Notes under the pieces: generated by a model
Told to the model about the DNA's origin: nothing
The model's input: only the letters and a program-made list of their open reading frames with translations
Database searches by the model: none
Shown: positions 11,083 through 22,800 of the stretch, piece by piece
Position numbering within the stretch: the stretch's first letter is position 1
Layout of the letters: the number at the start of each line of letters is the position of its first letter
Origin: Dicyema japonicum
Lineage: Eukaryota; Animalia; Dicyemida
Length of the DNA stretch: 64,000 nucleotides
Assembly: GCA_011109175.1 (NCBI GenBank)
Contig: RDEW01000035.1
Location: 1 to 64,000 of the forward strand
Reading direction: 5' to 3'
Position numbers and translations under genes: made by a program

Positions 11083-11866
11083 TTTGGCGTTAGGGAATTG
11101 ATATTGTACCAAATTTGTGTTTAATAATTTGAAACATCAATGAAAGTATGAGAAATCTCTGAAAACTACCAGTCGTATAATCAATCACCACTACCTATTG
11201 GCTGCCGACTTTATGCATGTGAAACTGGGTTTAATTATTTATTTAATAACCCCGAGAAGGGAACACCAAGAAGAAGTAAACCAACTATTTAAGTGATCCA
11301 GGTACATATCAATAGGATCGAGAGATTTTTCTTGTGTTCCTCCAGAGTACCCACGGCTTTCTTGTATCGAAGACGATCATTTTTCATTAAAATTTTGAAG
11401 AGGTAGATTCGTTAGACGCACCAATTTGGCCGTTAGGGAATTGATATTGTACAAATTGTGTTTAATAATTTGAAACATCAATTAAATTGGAAATCCATCT
11501 AATTTAAAAATGATATAATAATACTACTGAACTTTACGAAAAGTCATATTTGCAATGGCTCAGTTTTTTTAAATCGGCGTGATTATTTAAAAAATTTAAT
11601 GAGATTCGCATACGATATTCGATTACTGAGCCAATTTATTTAGCTGTTTTTCAAATGTAAAAAAGTAATAATTATATAAGTTATCCCCAACCTCACCAAC
11701 CAGTAGCACTTCAAAGGCTCAACTGCGACTACTGACAACTCTAACTGTCTCCAAGGTGGCGTTTACCACAGCTATTTTGTATACAGCTATTTTGTATTGT
11801 GCTTAAATATTGACAAAAACACCAATAATGGAAGTAATTATAACAAAAGACAGTATTAATTACTAA

Positions 11867-13709
11867 TCAAAGATTATTAATAGTATTTTCAATGCTTTTA
11901 ACAATTTCACCCCTTTCACCAATATTCTTTATCTCAAATGCACTGTAATCCTTTCCAGTCATTGAATTAGCAAACAATTTTCCAACGTTCACAAATAATT
12001 GAGAAATCTTTCCAGTCAATTTAACAATCTGAGCACGTACTTCCTTCGACTTGACCATAACATCTCTAACAACCGGTCCCATATCCTCACTCAACTCACT
12101 CTCTCCTAATTCGTCTTCAATAGTCATTGCTCTTTGTTTCGATACTTTAATCTTCTCATCAAATTCCTGCCGAAAAATCCCAAAGGCAGTTTCATCCTTG
12201 TCTTTTTTAAAGACATTCAGTCTTTCCTGAACTCTGTCACAGTACAACAAAATTTCCTCGTATATTTTGCACAGAGATACCGCACAATTATGCACATCGG
12301 GTCCCTCCTTTCTCTGCAAATTAACCACAATTAATACAGCAGGGAGAATGGCAAAGTCAAGCCTTTCAAACACAATAATGGACATATACAACAAAAAGAA
12401 CACGAGGGACAACAATATCGGCTTCACAACAAGCATTCCATTGCTGTAGTTGTACATAATCTACACTGATCACATTTAAACCACCTTAAACTTAACAGCA
12501 TGCACTGGATTTAGATTTCTAGTCTTTATCACAAACGTCTTTCTTGGGACCGCCAAATCAAGGTAAGCGGAGTGTTCACCCACGTATGATGATTCTACTT
12601 CGAATGACAGCTCATCCATTCTTAGATCTGTTACATGGGGAGGCATCACAACATGGAGTTCAAAATCCTCCACGACCTGGTTGGAAAACAAAAGACTCAT
12701 AATTTCATCAGAAAATACATATTCTCCACCTAATATGACACCACATGATAACCCGCATAGCTAACACGATCGTAAACAGGCAATTGGTACCCAAATTCGA
12801 ACTGTGTCCTCCATCCACTTATCAATGGGAATCGGAAGTACAAAAATAAGAGTTTGGATTGGAGAGATTGACTGTTATCAACAATACTTGTAGAAATATT
12901 GCCAATATCGTCTCGAAAATACAATCGAGAGGCAGAATGAGGTATCTCTAAGGCGACACGTTCTACATGAGGTGCCCTCTGTGAACCAACAGTGTAATCC
13001 AAACGGGAGAAGGCCTCATCTTGTATTCTCGCGGAGTTTGACTGAAGTTCGATCATTTCTCTAACATTTATGTACCCCCAATGAGATATTTCAACGATTC
13101 TTTTATAACTGGACAAGGATAAGAGGGAATCATCAGATTGAAAGAAGGCAGAGACAAGGTCCTAAAACAGTAAATAGTAGTATTACTGTGGTATATGGCT
13201 CAATGTTCTGAAAAGGCCCAAATGTAAGTTTCCTACCTGCTGCGTTATATTTTCCTGACAAATCATGCTGAATGAACTGTCCATCAATGCGAGTCACTTG
13301 TTTGTGGACGAAATACGGAGAGAATAGAACAGAGTTTACGATTAACAAGAGAGTTTGATGCTGAGACTGTCGTATGGTTTTTGGAGAAGGTTTAAGGGCA
13401 TTCAGGTAAGTAGCTGTTATCGTAAAACGAGTTTCAGTAGTCGGCACGTCAAAACAATTCCCCTTTAATAGGTTGACAGATCGACGAAGTATGGTATTAT
13501 CGTTTAGCTAAATTAGTGAAAAATAGTACTGCCACAGATGAAACATTAAATTGAGAGTCCACACAGTAAACAAACAGTGGATTTACATAATCAGTCTCAA
13601 TCTGATTCACAACCCTGAGTAATCCTCCTTCAACTGAAATTTGATTCTCGGCATATAAAATTTGTGAATCATTTTGGCATAATATTCCACATATTAATAT
13701 AAACAGCAT
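11867..13709 (-). CDS. RPN1: Oligosaccharyltransferase subunit ribophorin I, multi-exon
   Basis: Signal peptide MLFILICGILC. Motifs VEISHWGYINVRE, FSRLDY, YFRDDIGNISTS, RFPLISGWRTQF and YLD..R. TM segment KPILLSLVFFLLYMSIIV followed by a coiled cytoplasmic tail. Interrupted by micro-introns. Confidence 0.93.
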
Positions 13710-13784
13710 TGACACGTACAATAGTTTTTGAAATACTGTATTTGTTAATAGTTTAATATTTAAATATTCTATTATTGTTTAATA

Positions 13785-14012
13785 TTTAATATTCTCATCG
13801 AGACTGAAGGCAATCTTCATCTCTTGTAGACAGCCATTGAAAACGTTATATCTCTCAAGGTAATCACAGAAAATCTTCCTCAATCAGGCTTTTGACACAC
13901 CAAGTGTTTATCGTGAGGAGCTTCACACAGGATGCATCCTCTTGTATCTTCTACATTCTAGACATTTTTATCAAATGTTATCCAACCGAGAAATATGTTA
14001 TGTCACACTCTC
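13785..14012 (-). mobile_element. Degenerate 5' fragment of an RTE element
   Basis: Aligns with 45882-45650: KIFCDYLERYNVFNGCLQEMKIAFSLDENI versus KILCDDLERYDVSIGCLQETKVTCSLDENI. Confidence 0.7.
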
Positions 14013-14155
14013 ATTGTATTATCTCTATCCAAAATGTTAATACTGAAAAATTGAGATTACTGTTGTCAAAATGGTACTTTCTTTATTTTTAAAATACTTA
14101 TTTATTAGAATAAAATAGAATAGTTAAATAAAATATTTAAATTTATCAAACATAT

Positions 14156-14420
14156 ATGGTTTCTTGTTGGATTTTATTTTATATAGGTGAGAATACCGTT
14201 AATTAAATTCCAAGCGGCTATAAAAGTAAATAATATTTAAAATATTATAGAAACTTGAATGCCTAAATTCCTTTAAAAATCCTCAAATAAAGGACTTGTC
14301 AAAATTATTACCAGAAACTCCGACAATATATTTACGAAAACCAATTTCTGAACAAGAAAGCGATATAATAAATGTTTTATTAATTTTTATCTTCAGAACG
14401 GTGGATTTTATGAAAATTAA
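14156..14420 (+). CDS. MRPS36: KGD4/MRPS36-like 62-aa mitochondrial protein (OGDH complex adaptor), 4 coding exons
   Basis: ATG | intron 14159-14186 | exon | intron 14226-14250 | exon | intron 14374-14396 | exon gives MVRIPLIKFQAAIKKLECLNSFKNPQIKDLSKLLPETPTIYLRKPISEQESDIINNGGFYEN*. The N-terminal PLIKF and C-terminal RKPIS.EE..I..GG blocks are the two hallmarks of the family. Confidence 0.78.
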
Positions 14421-14507
14421 TATACTAATATTAATAAAAGTTATTTTTTAATCTAAATAAACATTTGTTCATTATTTTCATGAGAAATATAGTTACAGTA
14501 TTTTTAA

Positions 14508-14870
14508 ATGCCTCGTAGTGTGACTAAAACAATTTTAGGTAAAAATCTAAAGTTTTATTATTAGCACGTAGTTCGGTTATTACTTATTCGTTTGAATATG
14601 AATTTTTCTTGAAAAAAATAGACTGTCTTGTATTCCATTACATTATTCCACAACAAGTTGGGTTTCATAAAGACATTCAAATCGAGTTATTTTAGACTGA
14701 ATTTCGAAAAAGATGAGAGATTTTTTCAAAGTCTGCAGAATGTGGATCTAAGAATGTGATTTATATTATTGGAATCATTTGGAAAAATATTAGTGAAAAT
14801 TTAATTCATTACTTAATTTATTTTAGAGATTTTGTCTTAAAAATCACTTTTTCGATAAAACTTTAACAAC
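14508..14870 (+). CDS. Possible small micro-intron gene, product unknown
   Basis: MPRSVTKTIL, then a clean 26-nt GT-AG intron, then ARSS... The downstream exon path is ambiguous. Confidence 0.3.
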
Positions 14871-15189
14871 TTTATTAGCAAGGAAATTAAAGAGGGAGTT
14901 AGTTGGCCTCATGCTGCAAGTCCTGCAATCGCTTGGACTTTTCTCTGCGCTCTCAGACCCCTCTTATTGTTTAACATAAGAGTCAATGATGGCATCTCTT
15001 TTCAGGAAGTTTGCCACCCTTTTTTCTGCTGCATCTCTGATCGATATTACTAGCAAATTTTCATCTTCATCTAGCTTCTCGTCGAGCCTTTTGAGCATGA
15101 CAATCTTGATCCCTGCTCTTTTCGATGACTTTTTAAGATTCAAGATAAAACGCTCTTTGTATGCAGTTTAATAACATCCTTCCAGTCCA

Positions 15190-15860
15190 TTTTTTTATTT
15201 ATTTAACCCAAGACCACGGTAAAACAAAACTAATATCACGTGATCCCGATGCATTCTAACAGAGACCTCATCTTTGCCCGTTGTTCCTCCTTCGTGCCCG
15301 GGCATGAACGTACAGGCTGCCTGAATTTTCAGGGCCAACTTTCCGTTATCTGGAGTCTAGTCTCATAAGGGCCTCCAGAGGCGTAGGTCCGGGTCGATGA
15401 TTTTCACAAATCCAACACTCCGTTATTCTGTAAGCCCTCTTTTGCATTTCCTTGATTTTCCTCATATTTGTTCAAGATATGGACGGACCCCACGAGGCGC
15501 ATGCATATGAGAAACATGGGTCGATGTATTGTTTGTATACTTCAACAAGACTGGGTGAGTACCACTCTTCCATTTTCCCAATAAACTTTTCAATACGTTC
15601 AGTTTCTTCTCGCATTTCAATAGAATGTTTTCTATGTGAGATGTTAAACAGAGATGCATATCAATTGTCACACCCAAGATCCTTTGACATCTGTGGAAAG
15701 GGATGCCGACCTTGTTTAACTTCACGGTGACTGTCTTCCTTCCCAATCTTTTGTCCGAGGTAAATAGTGACGTAGACGACTTCTCTGCATTCACCACGAG
15801 CCGGTTTTCCATCATCCAGACATTAAGCCTGTCCAGGTTAATTTGTATTCCAGTCCATAG
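15190..15860 (-). mobile_element. I/jockey-clade LINE, 3' portion
   Basis: LNVWMMENRLVVNAEKS, ILGVTID..L...HI and KLNVLKSL. The frame ends ..GIT* and an A-rich tail follows. Confidence 0.8.
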
Positions 15861-15899
15861 AGGAGTGATGGAATGATCGTACGTGAAAAAATATTTAGA

Positions 15900-16017
15900 T
15901 AAAACTTTCAATGAAAATTTATTAATTGTCGTATGTGATAGCGTCCGGGCTGTTGATACTGTCCGGGTTGATAAGACAAATTTATCACTTGAAAACATTA
16001 ACAACCACTAAGTTTTG
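15900..16017. repeat. Left arm of a ~110-bp inverted repeat (partner 17654-17767)
   Basis: ..gttgatactgtccgggttga..agacaaatttatcacttgaaaacattaacaaccactaagttttg is the reverse complement of the sequence starting at 17654. Confidence 0.9.
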
Positions 16018-16019
16018 CT

Positions 16020-17335
16020 TCGAAAGATCTGTCCCTTGTTCCCTCAAAAAACAAAAAAATTATTTTGAGTCAATAAAGCGATTAAGCGTGAAAAGGGTCG
16101 AAAATAGAAGAGGTCGAAGGATCGGTCCCTTGTTCCCTCAAAAAACAAAAAATTTTATTTGAGTCAATAAAGCGATTAAACGTGAAAAGGGTCGAAAATA
16201 GAAGAGGTCGAAAGATCGGTCCCTTGTTCCCTCAAAAAACAAAAAATTTTATTTTGAGTCAATAAAGCGATTAAGCGTGAAAAGGGTCGAAAATAGAAGA
16301 GGTCGAAGGATCGGTCCCTTGTTCCCTCAAAAAACAAAAAATTTTATTTTGAGTCAATAAAGCGATTAAGCGAGAAAAGGGTCGAAAATAGAAGAGGTCG
16401 AAGGATCGGTCCCTTGTTCCCTCAAAAAACAAAAAATTTTATTTTGAGTCAATAAAGCGATTAAGCGAGAAAAGGGTCGAAAATAGAAGAGGTCGAAGGA
16501 TCGGTCCCTTGTTCCCTCAAAAAACAAAAAATTTTATTTTGAGTCAATAAAGCGATTAAACGAGAAAAGGGTCGAAAATAGAAGAGGTCGAAGGATCGGT
16601 CCCTTGTTCCCTCAAAAAACAAAAAATTTTATTTTGAGTCAATAAAGCGATTAAGCGTGAAAAGGGCCGAAAATTGAAAATGTCGAAGGATCGGTCCCTT
16701 GTTCCCTCAAAAAACAAAAAATTTTATTTTGAGTCAATAAAGCGATTAAGAGAGAAAAAGGTCGAAAATAGAAGAGGTCGAAGGATCGGTCCTTTGTTCC
16801 ATCAAAAAACAAACAATTTTAGTTTGAGTCAATAAATCGATTAAGCGAGAAAAAGGTCTAAAATGGAATAGGTCGAAGGATCGGTCCTTTGTTCCGTCAA
16901 AAACAAAAAATTTTAGTTTGAGTCAATAAAGCGATTAAGCTTGAAAAAGGTCGAAAATAGAAGAGGTCGAAGGATCGGTCCCTTGTTCCCTCAAAAAACA
17001 AAAAATTTTATTTTGAGTCAATAAAGCGATTAAACGAGAAAAGGGTCGAAAATAGAAGAGGTCGAAGGATCGGTCCCTTGTTCACTCAAAAAACAAAAAA
17101 TATTATTTTGAGTCAATAAAGCGATTAAACGAGAAAAGGGTCGAAAATAGAAGAGGTCGAAGGATCGGTCCCTTGTTCACTCAAAAAACAAAAAATTTTA
17201 TTTTGAGTCAATAAAGCGATTAGCGTGAAAATGGTTATTTGAATGTTATATAATATTTTTTTTAATATTTTTAATTTCTTTTTAAAAATTTAAAAATTTT
17301 ATTTTGAGTCAATAAAGCGATTAAGCAAGAAAAGA
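16020..17335. repeat. 95-bp tandem repeat, ~13 copies plus a partial copy
   Basis: Unit tcgaaggatcggtcccttgttccctcaaaaaacaaaaaattttattttgagtcaataaagcgattaagcgtgaaaagggtcgaaaatagaagagg. The anchor GGATCGG recurs at 16308, 16403, 16498 and onward. Confidence 0.97.
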
Positions 17336-17653
17336 GTTATATCTTCATCAAAAACCTTTGAATCATCGATATTTGAGTTATTTGTAATTTTTATCACATA
17401 TTTTAATCCTTTCTTTTATATTTTAAATTTTATTCTTAATTTGAATTACTTAATTCAACCTTATCAGTTTAATGTTATAAGATATAAATATCTCAATAAT
17501 ATGGCATTACCTAAATATTTTCGGATTTGCTACAAAGTAACCTTATATCTCGGTTCTTTTCCTTGGGGATTTAACATCTCTACTTTACTCCGGGATTTTA
17601 CTTTTCTATTTTCCTTGGGCATTTAACTTATCTCTATTTTGTTTCTCTTGAGA

Positions 17654-17767
17654 CAAAACTTAGTGGTTGTTAATGTTTTCAAGTGATAAATTTGTCTGTT
17701 CAACCCGGACAGTATCAACGCCCCGGGTTCTTATGACATACGACATTAATTATACCATAAAGTTTTA
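17654..17767. repeat. Right arm of the inverted repeat (may be a LINE 5' UTR)
   Basis: caaaacttagtggttgttaatgttttcaagtgataaatttgtc..caacccggacagtatcaac, the reverse complement of 15900-16017. Confidence 0.9.
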
Positions 17768-17769
17768 CG

Positions 17770-19620
17770 CAAAAATAACAAGTCCAGAAATTTCAACTGC
17801 GACAGACAGGAGAACAAATTAGCTGTTTGTGGAGTTATATTTTTTGCTAAAACGTGGCTTTTTGTGGTAATGCCTGTTGTTAGAAAAGCACAAGAAAAAA
17901 TATTATTGTAAAGAAAAAAGTCGTGTCTGACCAAAATGTTGAAAAGTCCTTGGAAAAGAACACTGAGGAGAGCGCTAAGGTTGTTCCTAAGCAAAGTGAT
18001 GAAAAGTCATATCTAGAAGTAGCTGACCAGCATGTGAATATGACTGACTCACTAGTGGCCTCTCTTGAGATTACTAATTTTGTGTTTGTAAAGATAAATT
18101 GTTTTAACACACTGGCCAATTTGGAGATTGCATGTAAAGCTTGAATTAGCCTGAAGAAATCCAGCTCTTTCACTCTTGAATTCTCGAATACTAATGACCG
18201 TAACGCTTTTACTACGGAGCTTGAAAAAAATTTTCTGTTTGGTGTGGATGGCCACAGAGTTTCAACACTAAGTTTATGCCCAGCTGAAGTGATACGGAGG
18301 GGATCTTCTCATGGGTTACAGACTAAGATTTTCGTGAATTCTTGTTGGAGACTCTTCAGCCAGGATTTTCTTTCATCGCTTCAAGAAAGACGGCTACAAC
18401 TTTAGTGTGGAAAAATTGACCCTCAAATCTCATAAGATCTGGATTACATGTTGGTTTCCAGAAAATCCGATGTGAATGGTATCAAGACTCTGCAATCAGA
18501 TCTTTCAGATGCCAGAAATTTGGCCACGTTGCATCTCGATGCATTGAAAAGGAGAAATGCCTGATTTGTGGGGAGGAGCACGGAATAAGCAGTTGTCTAT
18601 ACAAAGGAAGATCGGAGAGGAAGTGCATCAACTGCGAGACTGTTGGTCACCTTTCCAAAAAAGTGACCGTGTTATGAAGGTTGCCCAGTGGCAAAGACCG
18701 CTACTCAGGAATTGCGTGCCCGCTAAGCTAACAACCATGAAGAAAAATTGACTGTGAATAAAAATACTACCAAACCAATCAGATGGGTTAAAGCAGAGAC
18801 GGTCCAATCAGTTTTGAAAAAATCTGCGGGTTCTACTTGCGAAAATTTATACGCAAACTGAAAAACTCTATAAAGCTATACAGACGGAGAGAATGCTTTA
18901 AAATAAAATGAAGAATACAGAATGAAAAAAAATCCAGAACCTGAGTGATAATGGCTCCAAAAAGATGACTTTCATCATCTCCAGGCTCCTCCACGAATGT
19001 TGAAAGGCAAATGTGGATTTACTGGATGTAGTGACACTAGTTCTGAAGAGGCCATCTGAAAAGTTTTTGAAAGCAAGAAATGTAAAAATAATGCTGGTGA
19101 ATGCCAGATCCATTCGGAAAAGGCATGATGAACTGGCATTACTGGTGAAAGCCGAGGAGACTGATATTATCATCGTTAACAAGACTAAAATCAGAGAAGG
19201 GGAAGATTTCATCCTAGAGAGTTTTTCGTATGTAGATAAGATGGAAAGAAGGAGCTGCTGCCGGCACGGGAACATCTCTTTTTTATCGTTGACATCTATA
19301 CACTCGAAGACCCCAAGTCATACGCCACTTATTGTGAATTTACTTCTGTTGACGTTTGCTGTGACGATGTGTGGATTACCATGGGAGAATGTATTCGAAG
19401 ACTCTTATGGACAGTATCAGACAGTTTTTTTATTGACTATCCGAAATCTATTTTAGTTGGAAATCTTAATTCTAAACATGTTGCTTTTAGGTTTGGTACG
19501 ACCAATCAGGATGGACGAAGATTGAGACATTTATCCGACTCTCTTGGCTTCGAGGTTTTATCCGAGAATACGGTCTCTTATGGACACGAAGAAATCTGGG
19601 GATATATACATTGGCAATAG
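17770..19620 (+). mobile_element. Degenerate I/jockey-clade LINE, 5' part (ORF1 with CCHC knuckles + APE start)
   Basis: Knuckles CQKFGHVASRC, CLICGEEH and CINC..GH. APE motifs MLVNARSI and ILVGNLNSKH. Many frameshifts. Confidence 0.75.
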
Positions 19621-19877
19621 TGAAACAGAACTTGTTGATATTGACCCGGATAGATGAAATTTCAATATGAGGATTGTCAGATTTTAGATATTTAATAACA
19701 AAACGACTCTAAGTTTCAAAAAATCAAATATTAAAAATGATTGCATAAATTTGGTAAAGATAATATTTTTAGTAAAAAAATTATTTAACAGCAAATCAAT
19801 TATCATGTTTAATAAAATAAAAATCTAAATTTAAATTATTACAAAAATATTATATAATAAATTTAAATAGTTGTCTC

Positions 19878-22800
19878 ATGCAATCGTCTTGCGATCAAAT
19901 ATTGGGACTAATAGAATTATGTATAATCCACACTAATTTTAGATCAACCGAGCTTATCTTCAGGAGAACATTTCCGGATGAAGCCGGAAGAAATACTAAT
20001 GCTGATGAACTACAGCTCGACCCCAAACCACAAGTAGTCGCGTCTCTCATTCGAAGGGACTGCAATTGTCTGCAGAGGATTACCAGCGTAGAATATGTCA
20101 ACCACTTAAATTTTTTTCTTGAAAACATAATCCTAATGGCTATTGAAATGCTCATCTGTCTGGACAAAGTTACAACGGTACTATGGCTATCTCAACCTCT
20201 TAGAACGAGGACCAATCTCAAGTTGGTTTTAAACAATGTTCAAAGTCATTCTGTACCTTCGTCTCTGATGATGTCGGTAAGATCAAACCATATTAAATAC
20301 GCGCATTTTAATGATTTTGCTATTTTTAAATCTAAGCAATTTTAACTGATTTGAGGGGACGACCGACATTTACCGCGTCCTATTTTATAGCCGCCGATCT
20401 CCTACGAGTTAGTGAGGTCGAGGTATCTTAATGCGCGAAATGATTGCGAGTTATTTTTACCTTTTAATGCTTTAAAATCATTTAAAGTATGAGTTGATTA
20501 TCTGAATTGATTTATCTATTCAAATTAATTTGTCTATTTTAGAATTAAGCGTTGTGTGAATTTTTATTTTTTCATCCCAATTTTAAAATTTAAGGCGTTT
20601 AACCTTGCTTTGACTTTTATTTTGTAATATTCGTATATTTTAAGGTAATTTTACAAATTTAAGCGATTTTGTGTATAAACGTCAAATAAGTCTGTTTCAA
20701 TGGTTTCCAAAAAATTTTTACATTTACGCTAAATTTTAAATTTTTTGGTTAATTTTGGCATGTATAAGCATTTTATGACTCTTAATTGATTATTTATTTA
20801 GATGAGGATTTGCTTGAATATTGGAGTAGTTGGAAGATGGCCAACCGGGTGGCTTTGGTTACATTATTGCTAACAATACTTGGAAATAATCTCCCTGTTT
20901 ATGTATTCTTGAAAGAGCATACTGTATGCTTGAATGGCTAAAACTAGAATCTCAATATTGGAGAAAAAATGTTAAAGACCGTTTCCTTTTTTTGCGAGAA
21001 CCATGGAATCCAGGGTTTACGGAATGTCTTTATTTCATACAAACTCGATAAATTTCCATTCCACATGGTTATCATGACAACATATGTGTTTTTTACAGTT
21101 TTTCCCCTCTAAACATTTTAGATTCGCCAATGGATAGATATTCCAAAGTGGAAATCAGAGATCAACTCATTGAAGGATTCAGTCTTGGGTTTTATGAGGG
21201 ACTTCAAAGACTCTGAATTGAGTGAGTTGAGCCAACTTCGACTTCCTGATCTACTTACCTGGATGTTTACCGAGTTTGGGTACCCAGAAAAGCATCCACT
21301 TTTTGATCCTATCGTCTTCGAGTTTGTTCTACGGTGCCTCAGCACTAATTCTCTTAATATAAGAAATGCTGGGGTAGTATTCATCTCAGTTAGTCAGTTT
21401 ATAATTCCTAGTTTATGCTAGTGATCATATCCGACCAATCTTGTCAGCTTAACTCGTATGACCACATGTTTGATTTAATCTTACCGCAGAGTTGGAAATT
21501 TAACTGCGGATTGGATAATTGACTATAATTTGGTTGAAATTATGTTTACACAGGATTCACACCCTCAGGTTGTCCACATGCAATATTCTAGTTAATTAAA
21601 CAGTTTTTTCCCACTTTAAATTTTTTATCAGCTTCTGGCAGACTCACTGTGGCTCATATAGACTGCATTTTTGACTCTATTAAAGTAATATATGACTCTA
21701 TCTAGCTATTTGGAAAAGAAATTTGCCATATTTTGTCTGAGTTGCACAAATTTTTCCCTATGAATCTTAAAAAGCATTTTTACAGTCGTTTTATGCTACT
21801 GGATCTGACCTCGCTAAATGAACAGGTGGAATTTATTTTAATTTGGAAGAGTGTCGTGGTTGCCGCTTCTATTTTGGCAGACATATGGGACAATATTCTT
21901 CGACCTTTCAGAGGTTCTAAAGATGTTTAATTTATATTTAATTTAACAGTATAGAATGGACTCTAAAAGAAGGTCTAACGGACTATTCCCTAACGCTAAG
22001 AAAAGATGTAGTGCATCCGAATCTTGCTCAACTACTGACAGCACAAATGAAAGTGTGTGTAGTTCAAAGGAGAACGATCCTGTGAATTCTGAAGGACAAA
22101 CCTTGATTACATATGATGACGAAATAGCTGGAGGAAAAGATGATTTTTCAGCCGAAAATGCCAGCCAACCTTTGTTAGGATCCCCAGCCACTTGTGAATA
22201 CGAATCACTCATTCAAGATGTGAGAAATATTAAAATATTTGTAAATTACTAACTTACTACTAAAATATAATTAAATTTCTACTATTTTATTACTTTAGGG
22301 CTCACAACATGAAGACGACAGAATTCCGAATTTGGAAGAACTTTCACGTTCTAGAGTAGAATTATCAAGACAAGAAATAACTGAGCTGGATGATGTATTT
22401 CTCCCAGAAAACAACATTATGTGGCGAATTCAGTTCGATGTAACTTTCTACGTCATATTCTAGCCAAATTCTACGTCCTTGGAAAAATTAGCCTTCCAAC
22501 ACTTAATAAAATGTATCGCACAAGCAAATATCCCAGCAGTAACTATGCTATATATAAAAGGCTGTGTGGGACAAATTTCCTCTAAAACTCAGTTGCTTTA
22601 ATGATCTATTATAGAAAACAAACAACCGCTTACAAGATTATCATAGAATTGGTTAACTCATTCGAGTCTTGGATGCAAGAGGCTGTGAAGCGCTGGATTG
22701 AAGAAGAGCTATCTCTTATGGAGCACTTTTTGGCAGACCTGAGAAATTTTGTTGAAAATGAAAGTGCTTTTTCTGCCAACATGTAAGAAATTATATCAAT

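Noticed and set aside
13785-14075. Small micro-intron gene on the + strand
   Set aside because: The minus strand aligns with the RTE 5' end and APE start, so the apparent GT-AG pairs are likely chance.
14900-15190. Ribosomal-protein-like basic ORF on the minus strand
   Set aside because: It has internal stops and no recognisable family motif. Probably a decayed retroelement end.
16020-17335. CRISPR-like regular array
   Set aside because: The units are contiguous with no unique spacers, there are no cas genes and the context is eukaryotic. It is a satellite.
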